DNA of 64,000 nucleotides from Perkinsus olseni (Eukaryota): NCBI GenBank assembly GCA_013115125.1, contig JABANN010000126.1, positions 1 to 64,000 of the forward strand, read 5' to 3'. Shown piece by piece: positions 61,551 to 64,000 of this stretch (position 1 is its first letter; each line of letters starts with the position of its first letter). The notes under the pieces were generated by a model. It saw only the letters and a program-made list of their open reading frames with translations, ran no database searches and was not told where the DNA came from. The position numbers and the translations under genes were made by a program.

Positions 61551-62284
61551 GTAGCAAAAGAATTCGTCAGATCCGACGACATCCATGGTTGGCCAAGCCT
61601 TAGGAGGCTAAGTTCCCTTCGTTTTATATCTCTTTTTCAAATGGGAAAGTTTAGCATCAACGTTGCTTGCTCCAATGTTGAGTCAGCCTTACTTTAGCTT
61701 ATTCAAGCTCTTACCCGGGCTTACATCAGATTCTGTTGCGTGCTTCATAGTGATGAATAACGGGAGGGAGCATAATTCGTACGAGTTCTTAAGCGTCCGA
61801 ATAAGATTTGTGCGAGATGAAAGGGAGCGAATAGGAGTAGTTTCTGTGTATAACCATGTTTCGGGAACGTGATCCACCCAATAACACAACGCACTCAACT
61901 CACGCCGTGATCCGAAGTTACGTTAGTCGAAGACGTTGAACATCTTGTTTAGCTCACTACAGGAATCAGCGCAGCCAGTGACACTCTCGGGGCTCAGGGC
62001 GCCGAGGATGGACGACCGCAGGTCTGCGGCGTGGACTCCCCAGGAGGCAAACGAGGAGATATTCCTTGGGCTACCGTGACCTGGGAGTTAGCAGCAATGG
62101 TGTGTCCGCGTGCATGCTAGCTCACGCAACACAGCATCGTTATGACTGAAATCTTGAGATGACATTGATGGCAACTTCGGAATTAGGTTGCTCGATAAAA
62201 GTGGCACCGAGAGTTTCGCCTCGCTTCCATTGAGCCAAAAGCGAGCTATACCAATGAGAAAACTGAACCCGAGGTACTGGTGCC

Positions 62285-63349
62285 TCACATGAGGTAAGGA
62301 TGGCAATGTATCACCCGACGACCTCCTGCGCTGCGTCGATCGATATAACAGAAGCTCCAGCGGCCGAATATGATGGTGGAATTTCCTGGTAGGCTTTTCC
62401 CGTTCTTGTCGATTGTCACCGCTTTCCTTAGATTTTTGGGGTGGCGAAGTACGTAGACGTCGTCCTCATCGACCAGCATTTGGTCCAGCCCTGCCGTGTT
62501 CTTCAGAGACTTGCCTCCGAGTTTCTGAAACTCTATAATGTCATCCCTCCGCGCACTGAATAGCATAGGGTTGTCGGATCGCAGCAAGTTCACCCGGATT
62601 GAATGCCAGGTCGAATTGGCCTTGTAAAAAACGTCGACACCGTGAGGACAGTCAGGCACCGCCGTGAAGCCGATGAAAGAAAAACTCAGGTCGATTGCCT
62701 GTTTATTAATGGTGCAGACTGATCTCACTCCATCGGTCTCGGCCAGCCGCACGAAGAATACTTCTATGGCATCGGTTGAATATGTTCCACCGCCCCAGAT
62801 TCCCGAAAGACTCCTCCAGCGTTCCATCGCCACATAGAGAAGGTCGCCAACAACGATGATACCGGAGAGCCAATCATCGTACCAACTCAAATGCGGAATA
62901 CTGATAGGCTCTTCCGTCTCGCCAGTGGCCATGTCGTGTTGCAATAACACACGACCGTCATTGTACAGCACGTACAGGTTGCGAGAGCCCGCCGCGTAGT
63001 AGCATTCCCAGGCACTCTTCTCGGTGGCATCACTGCAGAGAGTCGAGACTTCGGTAGACTGAAGTTCACGGTTGGCCGCTGTAGCGATGCTGTATATCTT
63101 AATAGTCTGGCCGTCTTGGGAGACCTGGTACACCACACCACGGTCGATGAACGTGAAATCATCTGAGAGCCACTTGTCAGTGAGTATCTGCTCTCGGGGG
63201 CAATCCAAAGCCAATGCTGGTTTCTTGCAGTACTCCATAATATCGCCCATGAGGTCTTGCATCGGCTCCCTGCCCTGCTGACCATTCCATAGCCTCTCGA
63301 TGGCCATGCAACGGAGGGCCTCAAAGTGATGGGGAAGTTGGAAGACCAT
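62285..63349 (-). CDS. Lineage-specific hypothetical protein (~354 aa), helical N-terminus plus beta-propeller-like body
   Basis: Intronless ORF, ATG at 63349; repeated short beta-strand patterns (NLYVLY, IIVVGDLLYVA). Confidence 0.7.
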   Translation of the reverse strand: MVFQLPHHFEALRCMAIERLWNGQQGREPMQDLMGDIMEYCKKPALALDCPREQILTDKWLSDDFTFIDRGVVYQVSQDGQTIKIYSIATAANRELQSTEVSTLCSDATEKSAWECYYAAGSRNLYVLYNDGRVLLQHDMATGETEEPISIPHLSWYDDWLSGIIVVGDLLYVAMERWRSLSGIWGGGTYSTDAIEVFFVRLAETDGVRSVCTINKQAIDLSFSFIGFTAVPDCPHGVDVFYKANSTWHSIRVNLLRSDNPMLFSARRDDIIEFQKLGGKSLKNTAGLDQMLVDEDDVYVLRHPKNLRKAVTIDKNGKSLPGNSTIIFGRWSFCYIDRRSAGGRRVIHCHPYLM

Positions 63350-64000
63350 CGCGATACACGGGAAAGGAGCGTATCCTTGAAACTGCGCAGTAGTTACCAC
63401 AATCTTCGCTCATGGACCGACTGGCTTCAATGTTGATTGAAGCTTTTGTGGGTCCGACACTTTCATCCACAACGTGGGACCGATCTTAGCAGTCGTTAGA
63501 AATGACAACCATGGGGCTCATCGAGTGAGCAGCGGTTGCTCAGCCACCAGCTCTCGTCGAGGCTCAATCACGAGTAGCGCGGTTTTCACGGGGTCTCCGG
63601 CGCTGGGCAGAATTAGTAATACGACGTCACTATGTCTTTAGTAGACGATCCATGCCACAAATCCGATGAGGACGAGTTCGATACCCGCTCTTCCCTAAAC
63701 TCATCCCTCTTCAAACAAGATACATCGGTGCTTGCCTGAGAGCCGGTTTCCGGCGTCGAACTTGTAAGTCACACGCACACCTGCACGGAGTGATTGAAGC
63801 ATTCAGAATGCAGGTGATACAGCTCGTGCGGGCTTTGCTTTTGACCACATTTGCGGTCAAAAAGTGTGCGGTGTCTCTTGGCTCAAGGTCGAGTCTTCCC
63901 AGTGCTAACTCAAGGGCGTCATTGACTACGGAGTTAACCATTAGGAAATGAGAGTGATACTAACTACGAATGGGATATCATCAAATAACTCATACTCATA

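Noticed and set aside
56455-63695. Further tRNA-like words (CTAGGTTCGACC at ~56456, GAGTTCGATACCCGC at ~63675)
   Set aside because: Too short or unpaired to separate from chance.
63711-64000. Transposase or gene fragment at the window end
   Set aside because: Short ORF with no motif I can support.

Overview
Eukaryotic protist DNA of about 50% GC with two N-gaps. The many 30-80 nt GT-AG introns, interleaved intronless secreted-protein genes and a subtilisin suggest a Perkinsus-like alveolate (inference). Recognisable genes: multi-exon IFT144/WDR19 (44.6-56.7 kb), a BT1 folate/biopterin transporter, a SPRY protein, a B-box/IQ protein, a divergent STAG/Scc3-like protein, a coiled-coil protein, a subtilisin, several lineage-specific secreted proteins and an intronic tRNA-Lys(CTT). 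Three signals stand out. (1) A 1.6-kb segment inside a dispersed repeat carries a decayed ORF that aligns by eye with negative-strand RNA virus nucleoproteins (candidate endogenous viral element); the empty copy of the repeat is in the same window. (2) Many short spliceosomal introns in unrelated genes consist largely of tRNA fragments (T-arm/B-box, apparently different isotypes, both orientations), and one intron holds an intact tRNA. (3) The 13-mer AGCGGAGCGAAGC recurs in introns in both orientations. Multi-exon gene limits were read by eye and are approximate; no database searches were run.
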